Program-made: the position numbers and the translations under genes
Assembly: GCA_002269645.1 (NCBI GenBank)
Contig: NIVC01004602.1
Coordinates: forward strand, 1 to 40,834
Source of the DNA: Macrostomum lignano
Lineage: Eukaryota
Direction of reading: 5' to 3'
Length of the DNA stretch: 40,834 bases
The notes under the pieces: model-generated
What the model was told of the DNA's origin: nothing
Database searches by the model: none
What the model saw: the letters and a program-made list of their open reading frames with translations, nothing else
Shown here: positions 12,368 through 24,227 of the stretch, piece by piece
Layout of the letters: each line of letters begins with the position of its first letter
Position numbering within the stretch: position 1 is the stretch's first letter

Positions 12368-12435
12368 CTGTAGCTGAGTTTTAGATTCGTGACAGTTGGC
12401 AAAGTTTCTTTGGTTTTCTTATGACTTTTAGAGAA

Positions 12436-12456
12436 TTTTATATCTGCATTTTATAT
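12436..12456 (-). promoter_or_regulatory. Two TATAAAA boxes about 70-90 bp upstream of the CYP copy 2 ATG
   Basis: Minus-strand TATAAAA at 12442-12436 and 12456-12450. Confidence 0.4.
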
Positions 12457-13016
12457 TGCATAAACAATTGACGAATGTACAACGTACCACAAACTTATGC
12501 AGCGCTGTGTGTGCACAGGTTTCTTGGGGGGGGGGGGGGTTGAGATTTTACGTAATGTACGCAGCTACATATACCTTGGAGATGCTGAGAGATTGTGGAG
12601 CGCTCAAATACACTGCATGGTCCGAGGCCTGTACTCGAGTACGCTGCTCCGACCTTGAGCTGGTCCCGAGAGGCTTAAAACGACCCCCAAAGGTAATAGT
12701 TTGTAAGGCTAGAGTACAAACAGAGGGCACGCTGGGATTCTTCAAGGCCATTCAATGATTTTAGTTTAACCCCCATCTTTTCGCGTGCAGCTGTTCGATC
12801 AGTTCGCTTAGATTAGTGTCACTTCTAAGTACAGTATGCACTAATAAACTACAAGACACAATGGGTCTGCAAAATGTTTTCAACAAAATTTTCTGAAGAA
12901 ACAAAGCATCTGCTTTAATAGTCCACTGACCTTGCAGTGTAACAAGCTCTCCAAAGAAGCTTCACAAAAATTGTTGCTAAGATTCTGCTTCATGAAACTT
13001 TCAACCAGATGACTAG

Positions 13017-13283
13017 AATGACCGAGACATCCCATTCTTAGAAACGCAGAGACAGACATCCCATTCCTAGAAACGCCGAGACATCCATTCCTAGAAACAC
13101 CAAGACTTCCCATTCCTAGAAACGCCAAAGCTTCCCATTTCTAGAAACGCCGAGACATCCAAATCCTAGAAACACCAAGACTTCCCATTTCTAGAAACGC
13201 AGAGGCATCCCATTCCTAGAAACGCCGCGCACGAGATATCCCATTCTTAGAAACGCCTGGAGACATCCCGTTCCTAGAAACGT
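13017..13283. repeat. Short tandem repeat, about 24-25-bp unit GAGACATCCCATTCCTAGAAACGCC, about 10 copies
   Basis: Recurrent TTCCTAGAA/TTCTTAGAA/TTTCTAGAA core. Confidence 0.9.
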
Positions 13284-13933
13284 TATCGATTGGCAACAGC
13301 TTAATCCGTAGCTGCACTTCAAGTTTGATTCTGGCGTTAAACTTTACATTACTTGGATGGCCTCTTATTCTCAAGATAATTTGTATAGCTTTACATTACG
13401 TATTAGTTAATTTTTTACTCCTATTTTTAGAAACATAAAAAATACACTGATATTCGGCAACCCAACATTAAATTTAGTTTTCTCTAAATGTTGTATTGCA
13501 TAGCTACTTGCTGAGTAGCATATCAAGCGCTTATTTCTCTATTATAGAAGGGAGTGTAAAATTGCATAGATTTAAAAAAGTAGAAAAAATACCAATGTAG
13601 CTACTAAGCTAACAAGTAGTACTGTCGAGTCACGGCTTACGCATTGCTAAATTTCAAAACTGGAAGAGAACACAGCTTATAATTATTATTTAAGCATAAA
13701 TCGCAGTTTGCTTCCAGCGCTATTATTTATCTGCTAATAACTACAAAAGAAGAAAGCGTTGAGCCATCCGAAATACTTCAAGTACTACATCCTGACAAAA
13801 TCAATGGAGTCAATCTTTCGCTTATACACGGTTTAGGCTGTTGAAATAAATATAAGCTATGATATCAAAGCTGAATTTTCTCTTAAAAACATGCTTAGAA
13901 TGTCGCTGGCAAAAGCTGTCCAAAACCAAAGCC

Positions 13934-15591
13934 TTACCGTAGACTTATTATGAGTCGATTTTCACCAGGAATTCTCACCGCTCCGAGCTGACCGGTGAGG
14001 ATCTCCTCTCTGCGGGCCGCGCACTCCGGCTCCGGCCGCACCCGGTACCGCTGCATGATGGCCGTGAAGAACAGGAAAATCTCCATTCGCGCCAGAGACT
14101 CGCCCGGGCAGGCGCGCCGACCAATCAGGAACGGGATGAGGTACGGACTGCTCCGGTAGCGACCTTCGTCGTCGAGAAAGTGCTCAGGGTAGAACTCGTT
14201 CGGTCTCTCCCAGTACTCGGCTCGGTGGTGGACGCCGTACACCAGCGGAAGGATCACAGCATCGCTGGGGATCCGGTAGCCGTGGAAGTTCGTGTCCTCT
14301 ACGGCTCGGTGGAACAGACCACAGGCTACCAGCGAAGCTTTTCTGTAGGTCTCGTCGATGACAGCGCTGGTGTAGTGCAGTTCTGTCCTGTCCTGCATCC
14401 GTGGACGCCTCGACTGACCGATTACGGAGTCGAGCTCGTTCTGGACTCGGTCCTGCACCTCCGGATAGAAGGCCATGTAGAGCAGCAGCCACTCCATCGA
14501 TCGGGCAGTCGTGTCAGTGCCGGCCAGGAAGAACTCGAAGCACACTCGAACGATCTGAAACTCCTTGAACGTCTCAAAGTCGCCAGCCTTCTCGGCTTTT
14601 CGTTTTTCCTGGAAGCGATTAGAAAGTTTTTTGAAGTTGCCTCAATTATAGCATTCTGCTGGACTTTAATTCTAATAATTTATATGTCATAGCTTACTAG
14701 CAGGTACGTATCGCACAGGCATCGCGGTTGAGCTCCCTCCGTCTCCATGATCTTCTGGCGTTTACGGACTTCCTCTTGGATGAAGTTGTGCACGAAATCT
14801 GCTTTGACAATTCTCGCATCGGTCATTGGCAGCACGGAGACGAGCAGTTCAACCGCTTTGTATAGAAATGGGGCACTTTGAAACAGGCGAAGTTGAATCA
14901 GGTCGTTGATGTTGGAGTTCACCTTTTGAAAGTGCGGATCATTCCTATCGAACCTTTTGCCGAGCGTCATCTCGGTGATGACAGAGTTCGAAGCCAGCAG
15001 AAAGCTATTCACCACTTTAGCGCCCGCGCAAGACGAGGAAAATCTGTCGAAGCACTCGAAGATGATGTCCAGCTGGTCGTCGATCATATCGATCGTTTTC
15101 AGGCGCGCGAAGCCGGAGTCGCGAAGCGATTTGAGACTCAACCGACGGTGCCGGCTCCACTGCTCGCCTTCTTTGATGAGGATTCCGCAGTCGCGCGTAA
15201 CTCGTCGCATAAATGACATCTGCGGTCGTCCGGCGAACGTTTGGTCGTCCAGCATCTCCTTCATAAGCGGGTAGGAGTTCACGATGACGAATAGTCGCGA
15301 GCCAAGGTAAAACGAACAGATGTCGCCGTATCTTTCGCACTCCTTCGCCATAGTCAGGTGGATGTTGTCCATGTCAGACCAAGGCACTCGGCCGAGCACT
15401 GGGACACCGACGGGGCCAGGGGGGAGGTCGCGGTTTCGAACCCAGCGGTTCAATAGATAGACCCCAGCAGCGGCGGCTGCAGGAACAGCTGTCAGAAAAA
15501 GCCATTTTTTGTCATTCTCAAGGTTCAACAAGCTCGTCAATAGCGATCTAGTAGACAATGGGCCTGGCAGAAGCCCGCTTAGTGACGCCAT
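13934..15591 (-). CDS. Cytochrome P450, clan 2, copy 3; intact; exons 15591-14698 and 14608-13934 (522 aa)
   Basis: ATG 15591 (the ORF track starts at a TTG). DLPPGP, WSRHR, AGTDTT, ETYR, heme motif FLIGRRACPG; 89-bp phase-0 intron GTAAGC...CCAG. Confidence 0.95.
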
Positions 15592-16176
15592 TTTGGCTTG
15601 TGGCTTGTGCAAAGAGCAGCTATATAGAAACTGAATGCTAGTAGCATAATTCAGCCCCTTTTATGCTCGCGCAACCCAGGTTATTTTCCATTCTTCTTTT
15701 TTCGATTGTCCGAGCTTCTTCCAGTTGTAGCCCTCTAAAACTTTTAGAGGGTAAATCTAAAATTAGCTGCATTGTACTTCTGCCCACCTAAAACAGGTTT
15801 TCAAGCCTCTTTTTCTATCGCAGCTTTGCTAGACAACCTCCTCGGTTCTCTACATAGGTATAAGCGCTCAGCGACTAGAGAAGAGTTTCGTCATTTTGTG
15901 TTACTCACCTCACTCAGAGTTGAAATTATGAGACAACACAGGTCTGGCTACGAATTTGAGAACCTGCAAAGCACTATTTATCAGTTGTGTTCTCTTAAAG
16001 ATTTCTTGCAGGGACTTGCTTTTTAGAAATATAGAATCTAGAAGGAAACCCTGAAAATTGCTGGCGCGGCCTTCGGCAGCTCTGAGGCAATTCTGCTCAT
16101 TCCGGTGACTCCTGAGCACAAACAAGGGCGCCGATACTGTATGCAGGCACGCACTCATGCACTACACACGCTCACA

Positions 16177-16892
16177 AAAACAACAACAACAACAACAACA
16201 AAATACGCGTTCAGCGTCACACGGCGCGCCTCAGGGCCGGGTCGCGAATGAACGCCACTCCGCCAGCCGAATCCGGGGTGCCGGCGTCAGCCAGCAGGCA
16301 GTCGATGAGTTCGGGCCTGCCTATGCGATATGCGTTAGCAGCAGCACCTCCTGCACCGGCTGTGCGCAGTACGACTTTGGCGCGGATGATGTGGCCTGCC
16401 AGCTGGAGTCGCCGTCGGCGCAACAGGTCGCTTGGACGGACTAGGCCGTCGCGGCAATACAAAGCCGCGTTGGTCACTCGCTCGTAGCCGATCTTGAAGG
16501 CGCCGCGTCAAGGCGCTCGCTGTCCGAGTGCTCGAGCGACTCCGTCAGCGTCAAGGTCTCTGCGCTGTACAGCAGGACGGTCTCGATCACCGCCTGGAAC
16601 AACACCGCCCTCTTGGCGGTCAGGTAAGGCCTCGGACTGCAGGACTGCCCTCACAGAACGAAAGGCAGCCCAGGCAAGCCCGCGGCGACGCCGCAAATCC
16701 TCGCGGACGCCGGGAACCAGACCGCCGAGGTAGACGAACTGCTGACAACGCGGAAGCTCTGTCGCCTGTCCATCAGCACCTCGGCACGAAATCGCAGCCT
16801 CGATGTCGTCCGGCACGCAGAGCACGACGGTCTTCTGAGTGTTGACCACCAGGCCGACACTCGCAGCAACAGCAACTGGGTTGTCCAGCTCC
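16177..16892 (-). mobile_element. 5'-truncated, frameshifted RTE-type non-LTR retrotransposon with (TTG)n tail and 10-bp TSD
   Basis: RT C-terminal motifs GLVVNTQKT, QQFVYLG, LFQAVIETVLLYSAET and RRRRLQLAGHII in shifting frames; tail 16177-16202; direct repeat CACGCTCACA at 16167-16176 and 16893-16902. Confidence 0.9.
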
Positions 16893-17548
16893 CACGCTCA
16901 CACAGGGTGTACAGTAGCTTTCTGAATCGCACAGCAACCACCTGACCAATTTTTATGCGCAAAGGCCAAATAAATTCGCTGTCCGAGTGGCCTCTGCCCC
17001 AACCTGGCCTCCACCCCGCCGAACGATCTTCTAATTTAGTTGTCCATGATGCCAAGCAACCCTGTGCGTCAGTATACCACAGTAAAGCAGTTCTACAGCT
17101 AAGACTAAGCAATTATTTTCACTATTCCAACCCATTACGCGAATCGAACAGTAGAGGGCATCTCAGGCTAAGGTTAATCGTTATAGTGCATTTTATCTGC
17201 AACCGGTTATGCGCATTTCAATTTAGCCCTGAAACTCATACCCTGCTGTATGGCCCTGTGAGTCTAAATCTGACTCTGCATTCGCTATTATTCCAAGCTT
17301 GAAGAGCGAGCTCATTCTGTGCTCATTCTGTGCGATAAAGCTGCGTTGAAAGGGTGTCTAAAAATAGTTTGTGCTGAAGCCAGCTTAGCCATCTTTAATG
17401 CTGCATATGACGCATTTGCGCGTAACCTCCAAATCTTATAGACACTGAACGGTATAGGCAGTTTCTTATCTTTTAAACAGGCTTCAGTTTCTGATTGGAA
17501 AGATTCACGAACTAATGAGTGCACTAATGAGAAGGCACAACACCACGA

Positions 17549-18047
<499 letters not shown>

Positions 18048-19121
18048 TTTGCAGGCAGAATAAGGAAACAGTTAGCATGGAACATCTATTCCCTAAAAAG
18101 ATTTCTGACCTTTAAGAAGATGCTGAGGGTTTGAAAAAGACATTATTTGGATAAAACCATTTGGTCTTTCTTTTGTCAAGAGTTACAAGAAACTGTGAAG
18201 AAAGCAGTTGATGATTTGATAGGTTGCGATGTGATGGTTTTTTAGCAATTATCCAATTCTCCAAAAGTAGTCTATAGACAACCTTCTTTAGCCAGATCCT
18301 TTGTAGCAGATTAAGTATATTGAACCAGAGCATAAAAGGAGATTGCGCAATGTCCACTCTTATCTTGCCCACCTTTTCAAAACTTCTACAGTTAACGATT
18401 GGACAGTTGAACATAAAGTCTAGCAAGTTATTATTGAGAAGAAAAAAAATCAAAACTAAATTGAGCTAACTCTATTCCAGATTACAATCGGTCTGAACCA
18501 CCTGTAAATTGGTTTGAGTAGGTTTGAGTAATCTTTGACCTGCGGAGTTGCTTGCGGCAGCGTTAACTTGCCTTTATGCAACTGTAGGTGAGAGCAATAT
18601 TGCATTTGCATATAAATATGAGCCACTTCTATTTTTTGCTTGCTACTGTTCTGCAAAAACCTTTTTGTTCTCATCTTGCATCTCTCTCAGCTTTCTGAAA
18701 ACGACAATGCAGTGTAGGTGTTTTTTGCTCGGGCTTGATTTGTCAAAATAATTAAATAGCTGCAGCCATGGCCTGTGTATTTTCCATTGGAATTAATAAC
18801 GTACGCTAAACAATCCAGCAAACCGTACCTCCTGCCATCCTCTTTTCATTCCTTACCCTCACACTCTGCAAAGCCCTCTTGTACGAGCTACTAGCCTGTG
18901 TGTTCAAAATTAACTAGGGTGTACACCGGTCACAGTGTACACTCTGCCCTAACCGTACAAGGAGAATGTACTCAAAGTATACGCCTGCCCAACAGCTTGG
19001 GGTAACTGAAAAGAAAAACCTTTACACGCTAAAGAGCTTTTGCAAAACAGAAAACACTTCTGCGAACCCTGAGGCTGAAAGAGTGCTTTGCTACTAGCGA
19101 AGAAACTAGAAGTAAACAAAA

Positions 19122-20752
19122 ATGCTTCGCCAGATTCTGCCGTCGCAACTGGTGAGTCTAGCGGACTCCGTTTTCTCCCAATCGGACAGCAGCTACAAGA
19201 AGGCCATCGCAACTGCCGCGATACCCGCCGCTCTCGGGGCCTACGTCCTCTACTACTGGCGACAAGGACGCGACCTCCCTCCCGGTCCTGTAGGCCTGCC
19301 TCTCATTGGCCGTCTGCCATGGACCGATCCGAAGAACTTGCACCTCACGATGCAGAAAGTGGCAGAGAAGTACGGCGACATTACTTCGTTCTACCTTGGC
19401 TCGCGCCTGCTCATTGTGCTCAACTCTTACCCGATGATGAAGGAGATGCTGGACGACTACAACTTTGCTGGTAGACCGAGACTGCGTCTGTTCTTAAAAC
19501 TGACCCGCGACTGCGGCATCATCTTCACGGAGGGAGACATGTGGAGCCAGCATCGTCGATTGAGTCTGCGAACTCTGCGAGACTTCGGCTTTGCTAGAGC
19601 GCAAACTGTAGAGATGGTCGACGATCAACTGGACTCCATCTTCCAGACGCTTGATGAGGCCGCGACGTCGGTCACACCGATGGAGGTGCTCGGCACTTTC
19701 ATTCTCGCCTCCAACTCGATCATCACTGAGATGACACTCGGTCACCGATTTGAGCGAAACGATCCCGAGTTTCAGAAGGTCAACAAGCTCATCAAGAAAC
19801 TACTTGAAGAGGGCATTGTTCAAACGGCAAGCGCTTTGTTCCCAGCTGTTGAACGATTCATCGTACTGTTCCCGCTATCAAGCAGCGTCGTTCACGATGT
19901 TGAATATCTGCACTCGTTCATACGGAAAGAGATCCAACAGCGTGAGAAGGTGATGGTCGACGAAAGCACAGAACCGGAATGTCTATGCGATGTCTACATC
20001 CACGTGAGTGAATTAAGGCTTCACTATTTCTACAGTCGTATAAATAACAGCAATCCCTTTGATTAACTTTCTCACAGGAAAAGCGCAAGGCTGAGAAGGC
20101 TGGCGACTTTGAGACGTTCAAGGAGTTCCAGCTCATACGCGTAATCCTTGAGTTTTTCCTGGCCGGCACTGACACGACCGCCCGATCGATAGAATGGCTG
20201 CTGCTCTACATGGCCTTCTATCCGGAGGTGCAGGACCGAGTCCAGAACGAGCTCGACTCCGTAATCGGTCAGTCGAGGCGTCCACGGATGCAGGACAGGA
20301 CAGAACTGCACTACACCAGCGCTGTCATCGACGAGACCTACAGAAAGGCCTCCCTCGCTGCCATCGGGGTGTTCCACCGAGCCGTTGAGGAAACCCATTT
20401 CCACGGCTACCGGATCCCATCGGATGCTTTCATCATTCCGAACGTGTACGGCGTCCACCACCGAGTCGAGTACTGGGAGAGACCGAACGAGTTCTACCCT
20501 GAGCACTTCCTCGACAACGAAGGTCGCTACCGGAGCAGTCCGTACCTCATCCCGTTCCTGATTGGTAGGCGTTCTTGCGTTGGCGAGTCTCTGGCGCGAA
20601 TGGAGATTGTCCTGTTCTTCACGGCCATCATGCAGCGGTACCGGGTGCGGCCGGCCCCGGAGAGTGCGGCAAAGAAGGATGACATCCTGTCTGGTTGGAT
20701 GGGATCTTTGCGTATTCCAGGTGAATACCGTCTGATTTTCGACCGCCGTTAG
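19122..20752 (+). CDS. Cytochrome P450, clan 2, copy 4; intact; exons 19122-20003 and 20078-20752 (518 aa)
   Basis: ATG 19122; DLPPGP, WSQHR, AGTDTT, ETYR, FLIGRRSCVG; 74-bp phase-0 intron GTGAGT...ACAG. Confidence 0.95.
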
Positions 20753-21463
20753 GTCTCCTGATCGCCAGGTTCTGGTTCTGAACTGTGCGTACATATCCAT
20801 TGTTTTCAATTTAAAATCTGACGTAACGAGATCAGTTTGAAACTTCAATTTTAGCTACACTTAGCACATTGGATTGAATTTACGTTGTTATTTCTCACAG
20901 TGGAAAAATTTCACTGCTGTATTCTTTTTTTCAAGCCTACTTTTTCCAGAAAGCAGTTTTTTTATTGTAGCTATCACAGTATTTGAATATGTTCTTAGAA
21001 TCTTAGCCACTCATATCACAGTGTACATCTTTTTGTGAAATAAAATAAATACGAGTGTTATAAAAACAAGTAGAGTAAACCTTTTTGTCTTTAAAATTTG
21101 GTACTTATTACTTATGAAAAGTTTTACTCAGAACTTTTGGCTAATTTTAGAGCACGATTATCACAAGACCAAAAACAACTCAACGAGGCCACAAAGCAGA
21201 CAGACGCTAGAACGATAAGGGTAAATCAAGTAATAGGTGTTACAGTATAGCTAGTTGCTATTTAGCTACTATTCCAACTGAGCGAACCACTCGCTAAGCG
21301 CTTTGCAGGTGCACGTACCATACATATAAGGACTGGAATATCTTGGAGATATTTAGAACGATTATAATTAAGCAAATTCTGGGTAAAAATGTAATTTTTA
21401 TCATGTGCAGGGCCAAATGAAAACAACAGAAGCTACTTTTGTTCTAAAAATATCAATCAAGGT

Positions 21464-23093
21464 CTATCGACGGCTCATAATCAACTGGTATCGCCCCGGC
21501 ATCCGCAAAATTCCAAGACGACCAGACGGAATGTCGTCCTTCTTCTTGCCGCACTTTCCAGCTCCGGCCGCACCCGGTACCGCTGCATGATGGCCGTGAA
21601 GAACAGGACAATCTCCATTCGCGCCAGAGACTCGCCAACGCAAGAGCGCCGACCAATCAGGAACGGGATGAGGTACGGACTGCTCCGGTAGCGACCTTCG
21701 TCGTCGAGAAAGTGCTCAGGGTAGAACTCGTTCGGTCTCTCCCAGTACTCGGCTCGGTGGTGGACGCCGTACACCAGCGGAAGGATCACAGCATCGCTGG
21801 GGATCCGGTAGCCGTGGAAATGGGTTTCCTCAACGGCTCGGTGGAACAGACCACAGGCTACCAGCGAAGCTTTTCTGTAGGTCTCGTCGATGACAGCGCT
21901 GGTGTAGTGCAGTTCTGTCCTGTCCTGCATCCGTGGACGCCTCGACTGACCGATTACGGAGTCGAGCTCGTTCTGGACTCGGTCCTGCACCTCCGGATAG
22001 AAGGCCATGTAGAGCAGCAGCCACTCCATCGATCGGGCGGTCGTGTCAGTGCCGGCCAGGAAGAACTCGAAGCACACTCGGATGAGCTGGAAATCCTTGA
22101 ACGTCTCAAAGTCGCCAGCCTTCTCAGCCTTGCGCTTTTCCTAATAAGTAGTCATGGTGGCAATCAAATCGTTAAAGTTTCAGCTGTTAAAAAATAATTT
22201 GTGTTTTTGTGCTCCTGTCTGAATTCGAGTTTTTACCTGGATATATACATCGTAGAGACACTCGGGTTCCGTACTTTCATCCACCATTATCTTCTCACGC
22301 TGTTGGATCCCTTTCCGTATGAACGAGTGCAGGTACTCTAGATTCTGAACAACGCTGCTTGATAGACCAAACAGCTCACCAAATCTGTCAATGATCGGAA
22401 ACGAGACACTTGCTGATTCGGTTATGCCGTCGTCAGGTAGTTTTTTCATCAATGCATTGACTTTCAAGAACTCGGGATCGTTTCGCTCAAATCGGTGACC
22501 GAGTGTCATCTCAGTGATGATGGAGTTGGAGGCGAGAATGAAAGTGCCGAGCACCTCCATCGGTGTGACCGACGTCGCGGCCTCATCAAGCGTCTGGAAG
22601 ATGGAGTCCAGTTGATCGTCGACCATCTCTACAGTTTGCGCTCCAGCAAAGCCGAAGTCTCGCAGAGTTCGCAGACTTCCGTGAAGATGATGCCGCAGTC
22701 GCGGGTCAGCTGTAAGAATAGACGCAGTCTCGGTCTACCAGCAAAGTTGTAGTCTACCAGCATCTCCTTCATCATCGGGTACGAGTTGAGCACAATGAGC
22801 AGGCGCGAGCCAAGGTAGAACGAAGTAATGTCGCCGTACTTCTCTGCCACTTTCTGCATCGTGAGGTGCAAGTTCTTCGGATCGGTCCATGGCAGACGGC
22901 CAATGAGAGGCAGGCCTACAGGACCGGGAGGGAGGTCGCGTCCTTGTCGCCATTAGCCATTAGTAGAGGACGTAGGCCCCGAGAGCGGCGGGAATCGCGG
23001 CAGTTGCGATGGCCTTCTTGTAGCTGCTGTCCGATTGGGAGAAACGGAGTCCGCTAGACTCGTCAGTTGCGACGGCAGAATCTGTCGAAGCAT
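21464..23093 (-). pseudogene. Cytochrome P450 copy 5, pseudogene; exons 23093-22237 and 22140-21464
   Basis: Relative to copy 4: -1 T at about 23043; TAC>TAA plus a 7-bp duplication (TAATGGC) at about 22947-22962; a 31-bp deletion at about 22680 removing WSQHR; +2 nt at about 21545. Intron 22141-22236 keeps GT-AG. Confidence 0.92.
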
Positions 23094-23865
23094 ATTTTGC
23101 TAGGTTTTTTTAAATCAACGTTACAGCAAGCTTGGCGCTTATAACTCGTATAGCTGCATGTACAGACATACGTTAAAGTAAGCTTGTGTGAATGACCGAC
23201 CAACCCTCTGCACAAAAGCGTACACTTCGCTCGCTCTTCGCTGGGATGCTCTATTCGTAGCATGGTTTAGAGTATAGCAGTTTTTTCTTGAGAAATTCTC
23301 ATCTGCGCTTTTGTTGTTTCTGTTGAAGGGCGTATATACAGCATGTACTTGCATATTCGTTTTTTTAACCTCGTAGCGGGATAACTGGCTGTGCAGTGGA
23401 AATTTCTATGTGCTTTACAGACATCGACTAAGCTGCCATTCGCAAGTGCGTTACGCTGCAATTAGACAAGCAATACGTACGTAGCGCAGAGTTTTAAAAG
23501 CTTTGTTCCATGCAAGACGACTCAAGTAAGAGGAGTAAAAAAATCATTATTGCATTTGATTTATGTATGTAGGAGGCAGGCCCAATGTTCATCTTTTATG
23601 TCTAGACTTTCAAATATAGCCCATACAGTTGGTATTATAAAGCTTTTTCATTTAGAAAATTAGGATTGTGAGTTCATTTAATATCCTACGTACAATCGTA
23701 CATGTCCTACATATGTGCCTAAAAACCGTGACAACGCGGCTCGATCATTGTTGGTTTTACGTTCGAATCTTTTTTCTTTCCTAATTGTTCAGTTGTTGAA
23801 TTAACGAACGCAGAAACAATATAGATAATTATCCGGGCGCTCAGTGGCACCAAAAGAGGGCTTGG

Positions 23866-23982
23866 CCAATAGGAGGGCGGCTCGTATATTTATGCACGCG
23901 GGGAAGGAAAGTTCTAGAAAGACCGGGAGAGGAAACTTCTGGAACAATGCGTAAACAAGTCCTGCTGTGGAAGTTTCTAGAA
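23866..23982 (-). promoter_or_regulatory. Heat-shock promoter-like module: three perfect HSEs, a FOXO-type site, and TATA-like, GC-like and CCAAT elements
   Basis: GAAagTTCtaGAA 23907-23919, GAAacTTCtgGAA 23932-23944, GAAgtTTCtaGAA 23970-23982; GTAAACAA 23951-23958; CATAAATATA (minus) 23894-23885; GGGCGG 23875-23880; CCAAT 23866-23870. Minus orientation is inferred from the HSE-then-TATA order. Confidence 0.75.
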
Positions 23983-24227
23983 ACCCTGTCCCCGAACTAT
24001 CCCTTCGCATAGCATGCCTTTGCAATACACAACGCTAATCTTAGCTAAATGACTGAAATAAAAAGTGTAACAGCTGAATACAGGACAGTGCTTGTACATG
24101 TTACAGTATACAGTTATCAAGCTGCTCACCATGGACTTGTATATGTCGATATAACCGTTCTTTTCATTTTTAAATTTAAAGTACATGGCCACGTATAGCA
24201 ATACGAAGCGTACATGTACCTCTGCAA

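Noticed and set aside
12364-12385. CTACAG directly before the copy 2 ATG as a trans-splice or cis acceptor
   Set aside because: The upstream tract is A-rich rather than pyrimidine-rich, and TATA boxes lie only 70-90 bp upstream.
18112-18751. Short ORFs in the copy 3/4 spacer
   Set aside because: No recognisable domain; AT-rich codon use unlike the real exons.
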